The notes: generated by a model not told the origin, from the sequence alone. Counted from the whole stretch's first letter, positions 10,101 through 20,444 are shown. The stretch is 63,576 nucleotides of DNA, filler included, from Octopus bimaculoides (GCF_001194135.2; 8 parts of 8 records of this genome joined end to end with filler, not necessarily neighbours in it), one strand, 5' to 3'. Made by a program: numbers and translations.

Positions 10101-12650
10101 CAATGTAATCAAGTTGCCATCTCCCCACTTCCCTCAAAATTGCTGGCTTTATGCTAAAATTTGAAGCTATTATGATATCTTAGCATAATCTAATTGAACA
10201 GAAGTGTTTCTTGAAGAATTGACTATGACTTGGTAAGGTAATGAATGGAAGCTTTTTATGAGGACTTTTAGAGAGTTATGTGATACATGGCTGTCACTGC
10301 AAGTAGGTTGTCACATCCTTCATCTTGGTCCATGATGCCTTAGCAAATCCTTGTAGCAGAATAGCAGTATTGACAACCTGCCCATACAATACTTTTCTTT
10401 TCACATTCAAAGGCCCAGGTGTGGCTGTGAGGAAATTTGCTTTTCAACCTCATGGTGAGCCAGAGGACTATGCTAAGATCCATTGTCTGCTTTGGCATGG
10501 TTCCTACAGCTGAATGTCCTTTCTGATGCCCCTAATGCCAACCACTTTATAGTGTATGAATTATATGTCAACAAAAAGAAGATTCACAACAGAATAAACC
10601 CTAAACATATAACAGAACCTGCCACCTCTGGCTTGACAACAACTATGTCTATTACTACATCAGTTATAGCTAATAAAATCTGGCTCTCCGTCAGTTACAA
10701 CAAGGGTCCCAATTGATCTGATCAATGGAACAGCTTGTTCTTGAAATTGACATGCAAGTGGCTGAGCACTACATAGATAAGTGTAACCTTGACATAGTTC
10801 TCAGGGAGATTCCGTGTGTCACAAAATGTGACTAGGTTGGCCCTTTGAAACACAAGTACAACTCATTTTTTGCCAGCTGAGTGAACTGGAGCAATAAGAA
10901 ATAAAGTGTCTTGCTCAAGGACACAATGCACCTCTGGGAATCAAACGCATGACCTTATGATCATGAGCTGAATACCTTAATCCCTAAGCTAGGTGCTTTC
11001 ATGTTATGTCTAATTGGACCACAAGAATATATATAAAGAAAAGCTGCAGAACCAAAATATGTAACTTAAAATAATAACAAAGTTGAAAATAACATGTCCT
11101 TTTAATTCCACTGTTTCTATTATACAATATTTTATTTTCAGAAATATTAAAAATTACATTGACGAAAAGGAAAGGGAAACAACTGGGGATTAAACTTGTT
11201 GGTAAACGGTAAGTAGACTTTAGTTTGATTGTAAGGATATAAAAAATGGAATTATAAAGAATCTGTTGAGAGAGATTTTGCTATTGCATTGGATAGATTT
11301 ATATATTTTGTGTGTGGATGCTTGACTGCTGATCAATCCTTTCAAAAGTTACTGTATTTATTTTGAGATGCTCTGTGTTTCTTTCAATTACTTTAAATAT
11401 AACAAAGAATTTATTAAAGTAACTTAGTTATCATTCAGCTAGTGTTAGGAACATAAATTCTGACTAAGGTTTGGTGGAAGATTTTAATTCAAAACTTCTG
11501 AAAATAAGACATTTGTACTCAGAGCCAGAGCTGATTTCAGCCGGGTTGGTAACAAAAGGGTTAAGGTGTGAATTAAATTTAGAACATGATGGATATGTCA
11601 TTTATTGTGTAAGGTTGGAAAAAATTACATTTTGATTTCATCATTGATTCCTGTTGCCATCAAATTATTGAAGATAGAAACCTAGCAGATCAAATAAAAA
11701 GTTTAGACAAAGCTGAACATTGGTTCTATATTTACATTAATTTCTCTTTTCTGAATTACAGAATTATTGATTTCTAACAGTACTTAATATTGGTTTCTAG
11801 CAAAAATATTGTGCTATTCTGTGGACAAACTTGAGTTTTCAATGACATTTGTTAGTGTTTGGTTAAACTAGTAGTTCTCAATCATTTTTTACCTATGGAT
11901 CCCTTTAATTCCTGTTTTACTTAAGTGGGCCCTCATAGCCATTCGATGTTTAAAAAATCTTATATTTTTATAATTAAGTATTGTTAGGAATTGTATTAAA
12001 AAAATTGTTAATATATTATGCGTATTGTGGAAGTATAAACAATTTATTGTTGAAGCATAAGCAATTTATTGCATTTAAATTTTTAACAAAAAAAAACATT
12101 ATATGGACTTCCAGGGGTTTGTATTGACCCCTGATTGAGAACCACTGGGTTAAACTACTGATGAAGTGTGTTTGCCAGATCAAAATGTAATCCTTTGGTT
12201 AGTTAGAATTGATGATGAAAATTTTATTACTGTTTTTTTATTTTACATTTTCAGAAATGGTCCTGGAGTCTATATCCTAAACCTTGTAAGTGGTTGATTT
12301 ATTTCCTTTGATAGTTTAATGGTAAATGGTCTGCTTGATTCTAAGTCATAATAGTGATGTTTTTTTTAAATTTTCTGTTCGGATTTTATATAAATATGAA
12401 CAAAAGGGGATGGATTATATAACTATATATCACTTTAATGAATTTCATTATCATGTTAGTGATATTTTCCCTGTTTTATTTTTATATCTGATTTTTGTAT
12501 ATACATATATTGTTGTGTTGATTTTGTCTTTAGATTGGTCAAAGCTTGGCTGCTATTGATGGCCGTTTAAAACCAGATGATCAGGTGCTGGAAATAAATG
12601 GACAGGATGTCACATATGGATCTCAAGAACAAGCTGCCTTTTATATTCAA
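1174..12650 (+). CDS. LNX: LNX1/2-like (Ligand of Numb protein X) RING/PDZ E3 ubiquitin ligase, partial multi-exon gene (7 exons; both ends missing)
   Basis: Exons 1174-1289, 4570-4670, 5636-5719, 7488-7617, 11142-11208, 12255-12285 and 12534-12650 all have AG/GT boundaries and compatible phases. They join into one open frame: (R)[215 protein letters not shown]. This is colinear with recalled vertebrate LNX2 motifs (RCPGA; [26 protein letters not shown]; QLGIKLV...PGVFIL.L). Confidence 0.9.
1435..1670 (-). mobile_element. tRNA-head SINE with CORE-like box (family E), decayed
   Basis: The reverse strand reads as a tRNA-like head followed by gttgtgttcttgagcaaaacacttcatttcacattactccag. The same box recurs at about 8700-8810, 10880-10990 and 28385-28450. 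Confidence 0.6.
2033..2640 (-). mobile_element. tRNA-derived SINE family A with nested repeat C
   Basis: Head (ggctgt...ccttgggcatgtgtcttcta...gtggatttggtagac), central dinucleotide tract and tail (gactgaaacaagtaaaa) match the copies at 9235, 53372 and 62851. Repeat C lies at 2283-2470. Confidence 0.85.
2895..3300 (-). pseudogene. Penelope-like element reverse transcriptase fragment (frameshifted)
   Basis: Minus-strand [12 protein letters not shown]...STEDLFSRI...[14 protein letters not shown] matches the PLE RT pattern L..IL.PL...SY...DF...(S)LDV.SL(Y/F)T.I. After a frameshift it continues into [11 protein letters not shown]. Confidence 0.75.
4570..4670 (+). CDS. LNX: LNX exon: start of PDZ1
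   Basis: ttttag acceptor and gtaagt donor. Encodes [33 protein letters not shown], which contains the carboxylate-binding loop LGISI. Confidence 0.92.
4800..5001 (+). mobile_element. Dispersed retroposon 3'-end repeat (family C; ends in (GAT)n)
   Basis: aaaagcacc...gagtggttggtgttagga.gg.atccagctgtaga...caacccatgccagcatgg...gacattaaatgatgatg. Other copies lie at about 255-430(-), 2283-2470(+), 7790-8070(+), 9392-9545(-), 12675-12880(-) and 13200-13445(-). Confidence 0.85.
5143..5515 (-). mobile_element. SINE family A copy (no nested insert)
   Basis: Same head, body and tail as the other family A copies; short central tract. Confidence 0.8.
5636..5719 (+). CDS. LNX: LNX exon: PDZ1 middle
   Basis: tccag acceptor; 84 nt, phase 0-0. 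Encodes [28 protein letters not shown]. The donor is a weak GTTTTT. Confidence 0.9.
5844..6222 (+). mobile_element. Full-length tRNA-derived SINE (family D) with 11-bp target-site duplication
   Basis: Head GGAGGCGCAATGGCCCAG.GGTTAGGG (A box) ...GGTTTCGATTCC (B box). ACTGAAAAGAG at 5834-5844 and 6223-6233. Closely similar copy at 34919-35291. Confidence 0.9.
6392..7155 (+). mobile_element. Three head-to-tail SINE family B copies ending in (ATT)n
   Basis: Units start near 6392, 6623 and 6865. Each reads gagctggcagaat.gttagca...ttctgagttcaaatt...gcctttcatcctttcggggtcgataaattaagtaccag...tagtagaaaggattattatt. Confidence 0.88.
7488..7617 (+). CDS. LNX: LNX exon: end of PDZ1 and linker
   Basis: aacag acceptor and gtaatt donor. 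Encodes [43 protein letters not shown]. Confidence 0.92.
7790..8070 (+). mobile_element. Repeat family C with internal GGTGCCACATAAAAAGCAC subrepeats
   Basis: Three to four degenerate subrepeats precede the conserved C body and (GAT)n tail. Confidence 0.8.
9235..9786 (+). mobile_element. SINE family A with nested antisense repeat C (9392-9545)
   Basis: Head aggcgtggctgtgtggtaagaag..., tail ...gactaaaacaagtaaaagag. Reverse-complemented repeat C sits in the central tract. Confidence 0.85.
10700..10995 (-). mobile_element. SINE with family E head and family D-type 3' body
   Basis: The reverse strand has a CORE-like box (gtgtccttgagcaagacactttattt) followed by the family D 3' half (gctcagccacttgca...gttccattgatcagatcaa). 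Confidence 0.7.
11142..11208 (+). CDS. LNX: LNX exon: start of PDZ2
   Basis: ttttcag acceptor and gtaagt donor. Encodes (E)[21 protein letters not shown](R). Confidence 0.9.
11333..11564. mobile_element. Probable piggyBac-type MITE
   Basis: Right end ...GGTAACAAAAGGG|TTAA. Left end is a degenerate TCAA|TCCTTTC...GTTAC. A TTAA target and CCCTT termini are piggyBac hallmarks. Confidence 0.5.
11869..12147. mobile_element. hAT (Charlie-type) MITE, 279 bp
   Basis: TIRs TAGTAGTTCTCAATCA / TGATTGAGAACCACTG. Exact 8-bp TSD GGTTAAAC at 11861-11868 and 12148-12155. Confidence 0.88.
12255..12285 (+). CDS. LNX: LNX 31-nt exon within PDZ2
   Basis: ttttcag acceptor and gtaagt donor. Encodes (R)[10 protein letters not shown] and supplies exactly the phase 2 to 0 change needed between its neighbours. 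Confidence 0.88.
12534..12650 (+). CDS. LNX: LNX exon: PDZ2 C-terminal half
   Basis: ctttag acceptor and gtgggt donor; 117 nt. Encodes [39 protein letters not shown]. Confidence 0.92.
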
Positions 12651-13199
12651 GTGGGTTGCATTTGTTTTTTCTTTCATCATCATCATCATCATCTAATGTC
12701 TGTTTTCCATGCTGGCATGGGTTGGCTGGTTTGACAGGAGCTAGCAGGCTGGAGACCTGCACCAAGTTCCAATTGTCTGTTTTGGTATGGTTTCTACAGC
12801 TTGACACCCTTCCTAATGTCCGCCACTTTACTGAGTGTACTGGGTGCTTTTTATGTGGCACCAGCATGGTTGCTTTATACATGACATCAGCACAGGTGTT
12901 TTCTACATGGTGCCTTCATTTATTATATCTCATTATGAAAATATAACAGTTCTTTCCTTTTTTAATTTTATAATGAACTAGTATATGACCCATCAATAAG
13001 GAAAAACAATGCTATGTTTAGAATAACATTTGTTTGAGAAATACACAAAAAATATAATTTGATAATATATATAAAAAAGATATAACTTGATAATATATTT
13101 ACATATTCTTAGTTACGCAAATACTTTACAAAATCAGTAATAAAATAACAAAGAAAATATTAAGCAAATCTGTAATTTTTACATAGGCAGTATATCAAT

Positions 13200-13445
13200 C
13201 ATCATCATCATCATCATCATCATCGTTTAACGTCCGCTTTCCATGCTAGCATGGGTTGGACGATTTGACTGAGGACTGGTGAAACCGGATGGCAACACCA
13301 GGCTCCAGTCTGATTTGGCAGAGTTTCTACAGCTGGATGCCCTTCCTAACGCCAACCACTCAGAGAGTGTAGTGGGTGCTTTTACGTGTCACCCGCACGA
13401 AAACGGCCACGCTCGAAATGGTGTCTTTTATGTGCCACCCGCACA
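13200..13445 (-). mobile_element. Repeat family C copy (cut by the assembly join)
   Basis: (CAT)n followed by cgtttaacgtccgctttccatgctagcatgggttggac...gcccttcctaacgccaaccac. It looks like the least diverged copy in the window. Confidence 0.88.
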
Positions 13446-13545
13446 NNNNNNNNNNNNNNNNNNNNNNNNNNNNNNNNNNNNNNNNNNNNTTAATTAATTA
13501 ANNNNNNNNNNNNNNNNNNNNNNNNNNNNNNNNNNNNNNNNNNNN
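13446..13545. other. Artificial 100-nt assembly join spacer
   Basis: N44 + TTAATTAATTAA (13490-13501) + N44. Confidence 0.97.
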
Positions 13546-14156
13546 CTGTCACGTGTGGGACGTGTCGGTTTATCAACCGAGTCAATCGTCAATATTGTCA
13601 CGCCTCCTTCCTTCAAACGGAAAGGAAGAGCTATTTTTATTATACTTGTGGCTATGGCAAAAGAATGCATCTGGTGGACGCGTCTGAAAGGATTAGGGAC
13701 AAACACTTTCTTCTCTGGTCAATCTCTCATCAACTTTTTCAGTAGAGTGGCAAGTATTGTCTTATGAATGTTTCCAAAAAAGATGGGTGAATGTAGCAAA
13801 GATGGCACGCATAAATGACGAAGCCACCTTGAGCATGATCCTATGAAACGAAAAAGAAAAAAAGAAATTTTAAGCTGAGAGTTACTTACCTTGTGTAAAC
13901 AAATCTATTAACATGTAACATTATTGCCCGAGGTTACCGTGGTCTTTTCGTAGGTTTTCTTTCCACGGATAAACCTCCCCATTTCTTGGGAACTTTTTGA
14001 TTATTTTATTTTTTTGTATATATCCCAAACGATTTCGATTCCTTTTGATCGTTGTCCCTACTTTTTTTTTTTTTTTACTTTGTTTTCACCCCCCTCGAAA
14101 AGAAAAACTGCATTGTATTTGTCCCATCTGTGTTCATCCCTTTGTGGCTAATAAAG

Positions 14157-14160
<4 letters not shown>
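13546..14160 (+). mobile_element. 3' end of a Tx1/L1-clade LINE (ORF2 C-terminus and 3'UTR)
   Basis: LSRVGRVGLSTESIVNIV...ILVAMAKECIWWTRLKG... (L1/Tx1-like 'IW..R' motif). After a frameshift near 13740 it reads VEWQVLSYECFQKRWVNVAKMARINDEATLSMIL* (stop 13844-13846). This is followed by a pyrimidine-rich UTR, AATAAA and (TATC)n. Confidence 0.7.

Positions 14161-14224
<64 letters not shown>
14158..14224. repeat. (TATC)n microsatellite abutting the LINE 3' end
   Basis: Direct reading. Confidence 0.95.
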
Positions 14225-14227
<3 letters not shown>

Positions 14228-14933
14228 GTAGATGAACATGTACGTATGTATGTATACATACACACACAAAATTATTTATGTATACATACGTATATATATA
14301 TATACATATATATATGTTTATGTGTATATATAATTATGTATATTCGTTTGTCTGTGTTTGTGCTAGTGTGCGTTGTGTGTGTGTGTGCGTGTGTGTGAGT
14401 GTGTGTCTGTTAATGCAGATGTGTATAGATTTGGCTCTCTTCGCTTTTACTACTTTTTCAATTCACACACGTACACACGCACACACATACAATATACATA
14501 CACACATACATACCATACAATCGTACATAATATATACACACATACACACATTCACAAATATATACAGAAATGATCTTTGCATTAACCATCAAAATACTTC
14601 TCAATTGTCATCTTACCAAGTTCTTGATTTCACTTCACTTTCCCTCCCAAACTATAAACCAGCTGTTTCTATGTTACCCTCTTATTATAAATCTTGATAT
14701 AAATTTAGTATTCAGCTCTTCATATTATATATATATATATATATNNNNNNNNNNNNNNNNNNNNNNNNNNNNNNNNNNNNNNNNNNNNNNNNNNNNNNNN
14801 NNNNNNNNNNNNNNNNNNNNNNNNNNNNNNNNNNNNNNNNNNNNNNNNNNNNNNNNNNNNNNNNNNNNNNNNNNNNNNNNNNNNNNNNNNNNNNNNNNNN
14901 NNNNNNNNNNNNNNNNNNNNNNNNNNNNNNNNN

Positions 14934-14973
<40 letters not shown>

Positions 14974-15114
14974 GTTATGAGATGTAATGGTGTCAATAAG
15001 ACTCAAAGGTGCCAGGTAATGCTGAGTAAGTGTTATGGATAGACCATAGTTAAGCTCCAGGTTCTGTGATTATGTGAATAAGGAGTCCAACGTAGGTCAT
15101 ATATCAGCATGTGT

Positions 15115-15640
15115 GTATATAACTTTTTTTCTTCTCAGAATGAGATAAAAACCAAGGCTGTGAAGATTTTAGAACATTTATAAATAGGTCTTACAGCTGC
15201 TTCCAAGATATTTATTATATCCCTTCATCGGAGACGGTCTGAGAAAATGTTTAAACAGTTAATTTAGATAAGATGCGAAATAGAGAGTGAAGTGGAGAAA
15301 TGAAAATAGATGCGAGGTATGCAGGGATATTGCATTTGTAGATCCATTATTTAGGCAGAATGGTATACATATAAGATTTCAATACCTTGTGAGTAAATTC
15401 CAATAGTATTTAAAATTGGTCATTCTAAGTATAGAGTATGTACATAGTGCTATTGAACTGAGGGTTTTATTTAAAGTGACCTAAAAGTAGAGAATGTATT
15501 TGTAAGGTCAAATCGAAAACAGGAAGAGAGGAATAAAGAAAAGAGAAAAAAAGAGAAGAGAAAAGAAGAAAAAAAAGAAAAAAAACAGGAAGAAAGGAAT
15601 AAAGTAAAGAAAGAATAAAAGGAAAAAAAAGCAGAGAGGG
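15115..15640 (-). mobile_element. Penelope-type terminal repeat, left inverted arm
   Basis: Reverse complement of 16325-16850 with scattered substitutions and indels. Contains a hammerhead-like core. Confidence 0.65.
15188..15235 (-). ncRNA. Minimal type I hammerhead ribozyme motif (GAAA mutated to GAAG)
   Basis: The minus strand reads GTCT-CCGATGA-A-GGGATAT-AATAA-ATATCTT-G-GAAG-CAGCTG-TA-AGAC. Confidence 0.5.
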
Positions 15641-16324
15641 TAGTAATATGGTGGAATGAAGAATTTAGGAATATAGATTAAGTGGTTGGACAGGTCAGTG
15701 CTTAGTAGTAGAATAAAATATATATGTGAACATGTATACAGATGCATATATTAGACATGCATATATATTTTTATACAGATATTTTTACATATCAATATCT
15801 ACATATAAATCTCGTACTCATATGTATATGTACACATGTACCTCCATATATACGTGCATCTGTATGTATTATCGCTCCTGTACACGCAGGTATATATACC
15901 TTGCATACATACATACATTCACACATACACACATACAGACACATACATATACACGCGCGTATGCATGCACTCATATACACGCGAATATAATTAGATGGTT
16001 GTGATATTCGAGTATGAGAGAGATTAGGAGTTAAAATGTAGATTTATAAGGCTATTGGGATTATCTAAGGGTATATATATATATGCCCCATCACTTAGAC
16101 TCTATCACTACATAACTGACACTCCTTCACCTTTTACACTATTATACCCCTCTCTCTCTATTATCCCCATTCCTTCTATCTGACACTCCTTTAATCTTTA
16201 CATTTTTTCTTTTTAAAATCTAATAGCTTTCTCTCTCTATCACCCTAATCTCCCCACTCCTACTTTCAAGTTATCTTGACTGACCACTAACTGGTACACT
16301 GTCCGTCTTCATGTCTGTATTATC

Positions 16325-16850
16325 TCGCTCCTTGTTTTTTCCTTTTTTTCTTTCTTTACTTTATTCCTGTCATCCTGTTTTTTTCTTTTTTTCTTCTCTT
16401 TTCTTTATTCCTATCTTCCTGTTTTCGATTTGACCTTACGAGTACATTCTCTACTTTAAATAAAACCCTCAATTCAATAGCACTATGTACATACTCTATA
16501 CTTGGAATGACCAACTTTAAATACTATTGGAATTTACAATGACCAATTTTAAATATTATTGGAATTTACTCACAAGGTATTGGAATCTTATATGTATACT
16601 ATTCTGCCTAAATAATAGATCTACAAATGCAATATCCCTCCATATCTCACATCTATTTTCATTCCTCCACTTCACTGTCTATTTCGCATCTTATCTAAAT
16701 TATCTATTGCTCAACCATTTTCTCACACCGTCTCCGATGAAGGGTTATAATAAATATCTTGGAAACAGCTGTAAGACCTATTTATAAATGTTCTAAAATA
16801 TTTCTAGGCTTGTTTTTTTTACCTCATTCTGAAAAAAATGTATATATATA
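16325..16850 (+). mobile_element. Penelope-type terminal repeat, right arm
   Basis: Mirror of 15115-15640, with a private 32-bp tandem duplication (16506-16537 / 16538-16569). Ends in an A-run plus (TA)n. Confidence 0.65.
16730..16777 (+). ncRNA. Minimal type I hammerhead ribozyme motif (U4C variant)
   Basis: Stem I GTCT(16730-33)/AGAC(16774-77); core CCGATGA (16734-40); stem II GGGTTAT/ATATCTT; GAAA (16762-65); palindromic stem III CAGCTG; predicted cleavage after GUA at 16773. Confidence 0.62.
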
Positions 16851-16998
16851 TATATATATATACATACATGTATAGCAGTTAGGTCTCAAGTATTATCCCT
16901 CCACACACACGCACATACACACAAACACACATACATACATATATATAAATATATATATACGTGTATATATATGTATATATATGTATATGCATATATTA

Positions 16999-17029
<31 letters not shown>

Positions 17030-17067
17030 CACATATATATATATACACACACATTATATATATATAT

Positions 17068-17167
17068 NNNNNNNNNNNNNNNNNNNNNNNNNNNNNNNNN
17101 NNNNNNNNNNNTTAATTAATTAANNNNNNNNNNNNNNNNNNNNNNNNNNNNNNNNNNNNNNNNNNNN
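17068..17167. other. Artificial 100-nt assembly join spacer
   Basis: N44-TTAATTAATTAA-N44. Confidence 0.97.
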
Positions 17168-17211
17168 TTCTTCTTCTTCTTCTTCCCACTCTCCCTATAC
17201 ATACACATATA

Positions 17212-17246
<35 letters not shown>

Positions 17247-17247
17247 A

Positions 17248-17278
<31 letters not shown>

Positions 17279-17874
17279 ATGCATGTACGTACGACTTTCA
17301 CTCATGTTTCACTCCCAGTACCCAAACTGTCTACAACAAGCAAATAATACTAGTGCTTGCACTTGTGCTTATTGACAACGAGGCTTAAGGTGAAGGGTTC
17401 CAATTCTGATCCTTCTGTTTCGATACCACCTTCAGACACTAACTAAAGACCACTGTACAGTATTAAATACACTCGAACAGTACTATGAAAAAAGTGAAAA
17501 GAAAAATTTAATATTGCGCTGTAACATATATCGCATTAAGTCTTCTTTTACATTAAAAACAATACAACTTTGCCTCTAGACTGCGATTAAAATAAGTGAA
17601 AATAATAAATGTAATTAGATTTCTTCTAATACGAATGATGAATTAACAATAAGAGAACGGTATAAATGCTTTTAAAAATATAACATTAAATCAAATCAAT
17701 GTAACTTGAGTACTGGTGGTAAATCTGATGTTTTTTCTCTTCTGTGAAAACGATCAGGTAATGGGGTTATACAAGTTTTATTTCTATGTGAGGAGACTGA
17801 TTTGCGTCAATCAGTCGATATTTGTACAGAATATCTGAGTATAACAGGATTGACGAAATTACACACACCCACAC

Positions 17875-18200
17875 ATATGAACCTTGGACAAATAACTTGT
17901 AACCAAAGCCTTGAAGGTGAATTTGGTAACCGGAAACTGAAAGAAGTCCATTGTATGTATGTATATAATCATGCATACATGTATGTATGTAGGTATGTAT
18001 ATATGAATGTGTGTGTGTGTGTGTGCGTGCGTGTTACTGTCTCCTTGTTTTGACACAATGCGATAATTGTAAACAAACGTCACTGTCATACAAGTGGTAT
18101 CATTTGGTTCAGCTTCCCGGAAATCATATTCCTCGACGAGGAAAATATTACTTTGTTTGTAAACAGTAGAGGGTCGACGACATGTAGGGCACCCGACCGT
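17875..18200 (+). mobile_element. Decayed family A-related SINE with a different 3' body
   Basis: accttggacaa...accaaagccttg..gtgaatttggtaaccggaaactgaaagaag, then a microsatellite, then a body ending agggcacccgaccgtagaaaatttgcc (resembles the repeat C box). Confidence 0.55.
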
Positions 18201-20444
18201 AGAAAATTTGCCGCAATAAATTACGTCTTATCCTCTTGCCGCTTATATTCTGGTAATTGTCAAGTACCACATTTAACTACTACGACAATTCCTTCATTTC
18301 ACAATGTCGACCTTCTTGAACTCTTAGCTTCCGCACATTTTTCCTTCACTGGTCCTTAACCGCATTGATTTCGCCGGTCTCAGAAAGCCTGTAAAGGTCA
18401 TGGGCATAACCTCTTCCTCAAGATTAAGCAAGGCAATAAAACTAAAAATTATTATACGATATGTGGCTTTTGTCTATGTTTTGTATTCAAATTCTGTTTG
18501 TGTCATATCGACCTCTCTGTTATTGCCTCAGAATTGCAAAATGAAGTACCTTTTCGATCAGTTTTACACATCAATTATCTACTGTTTGTAAATTACTCTT
18601 GAATATTTCTGCCAAGTACTATGATATATGAGGTAAAATCTTGACAAACTAAGGCATTGATGCAGTTTAAATCTGCATTTGGAAATCAATTTTCTTCAGT
18701 TACATAACGCATTTAGAAAGCATCAATGCCACAAATTCAGATTTTACTCAAAGAAAATATGTGGTATATTTATGTCAATAGGTTCAATAGCTAATGCTGA
18801 AGTGCAAGAGGTTAGAAGCGTCTGTCCGGGCACTTTTAAAGATTAGATTGAAGTTAAGACGCTGAAAGAAAACAGCAATAACAAAGAAGTCGAAGTCTAT
18901 TGACGACTACGAAATTCATAACAATAATGTCAAAATTTGCAAGCGACGTTGGTGATAACAAGATTATAACAGCAACAACCAGAAACAACTACAGCATGGA
19001 GAGTGTGATAACCATCACAGTTGACAATAAAGCGATCAAACGCTATGCTAGAGATTGGCATAGAGAGAGAGAGAGAGAGAGAGAGTGAAACTGGTGTTAC
19101 TGTTAACAAGACATCGAAATACAGCACTAATTTTAAAGTGTGTTATTGACATTTTCTGTTAACAATAATGCGATTAACAGCAACCACAGCAACAACAACA
19201 ACAACAACAGTTGTGTGAAGACTGTAATTGACGTTGCAACTTACAAGACAATGTACACAATCATAGTTACAAACTATTTCAGTCATAATCACACCTTCAC
19301 CTATATTGCCACAGCTATCATCACCATTCCGACAATAAATATAATAATGAAATAAATAAATAAATAACCGAAAAAGGAATAGCAATTCGAAATTAAACGG
19401 AAAGAAAAATAAACTGCTCTTATGTCTAAACTTCTCTTCAAGTTTAACAAATGGTTTTGCTGTAAGCAACAGATCGTTTGAAACCTGTCTCAACGTGAGT
19501 TCCAATATCAACATCCGAAAGTAGTTGCACACATTTATAACCCTCTAAATAAACGGATATTATTTGATGACGTTTTTACGATCTGAAGCAATTTCTGTTA
19601 AGTTTTCAGTCATTAATCTTAGACCTACTTTCCATACAGATATGAGTATTTATTTTACTGTGGTCACAGTTTTGACATTTAGCCAGAATATTGACATTAA
19701 ATAAAGAGCCGAAATATCAAACGTAAACGGCGATAAAGCTGAAAGTGTGTCTGATTGATTGTTCACTTCGTTCTGGAGAAATAGATAACATTCTATAAGA
19801 GCGAGCTAATAAAAACATATCGAGTCATTAATGCACTTCTGTTAATTCAATGACCAATAAATAAATCAAAACGACATTAAACTGTCCTTAACAATTACTC
19901 GACCGTAGTGGATTTATGGAACAGGTCACGTGGTAATCCACTAATTAATCTGATAGTATTAAGGAAAGTGACGAAACTAACCGCGCACAAAAGTAATCTG
20001 CTGCATCGAGGTCAGGGCACAGCAACTGCACGTTTAGATGCTAGAATGGTTAAATAGTTAATCTGCAACACAACTTGGCTTCTTGATACTACATACAAAT
20101 ATTGGCTTTGTTTCTATTTGGCATAAAAGACAGTTGTCGGGATCAAGTTTACCTTTCATCCTTTAAGAAATCAATTAAATAAGCACCAGTCAAGTACTGG
20201 GGTCGATTAATTCGAGCATCCACATTTGGACGCCTTGTGCCAAAATTAGAAACCATCATTGTTGACTGTAATGAAAATGATAAAAGTGCTGGATCGAATA
20301 TCTTTTGCTACAAATCTTTGCATTCCCGATTAAAAGCTAATAACATTATACTAACATCGATAAAATTAATGTCAATCCAGGAGATAGTGGGAGCAATTTA
20401 ACCGACAAGATTAAAAAAGAAATTGAATATGACTACAGTTAATA

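Noticed and set aside
13880-13900. Minus-strand splice donor (ACTTACC)
   Set aside because: Lies within the LINE 3'UTR region, with no supporting exon or ORF.
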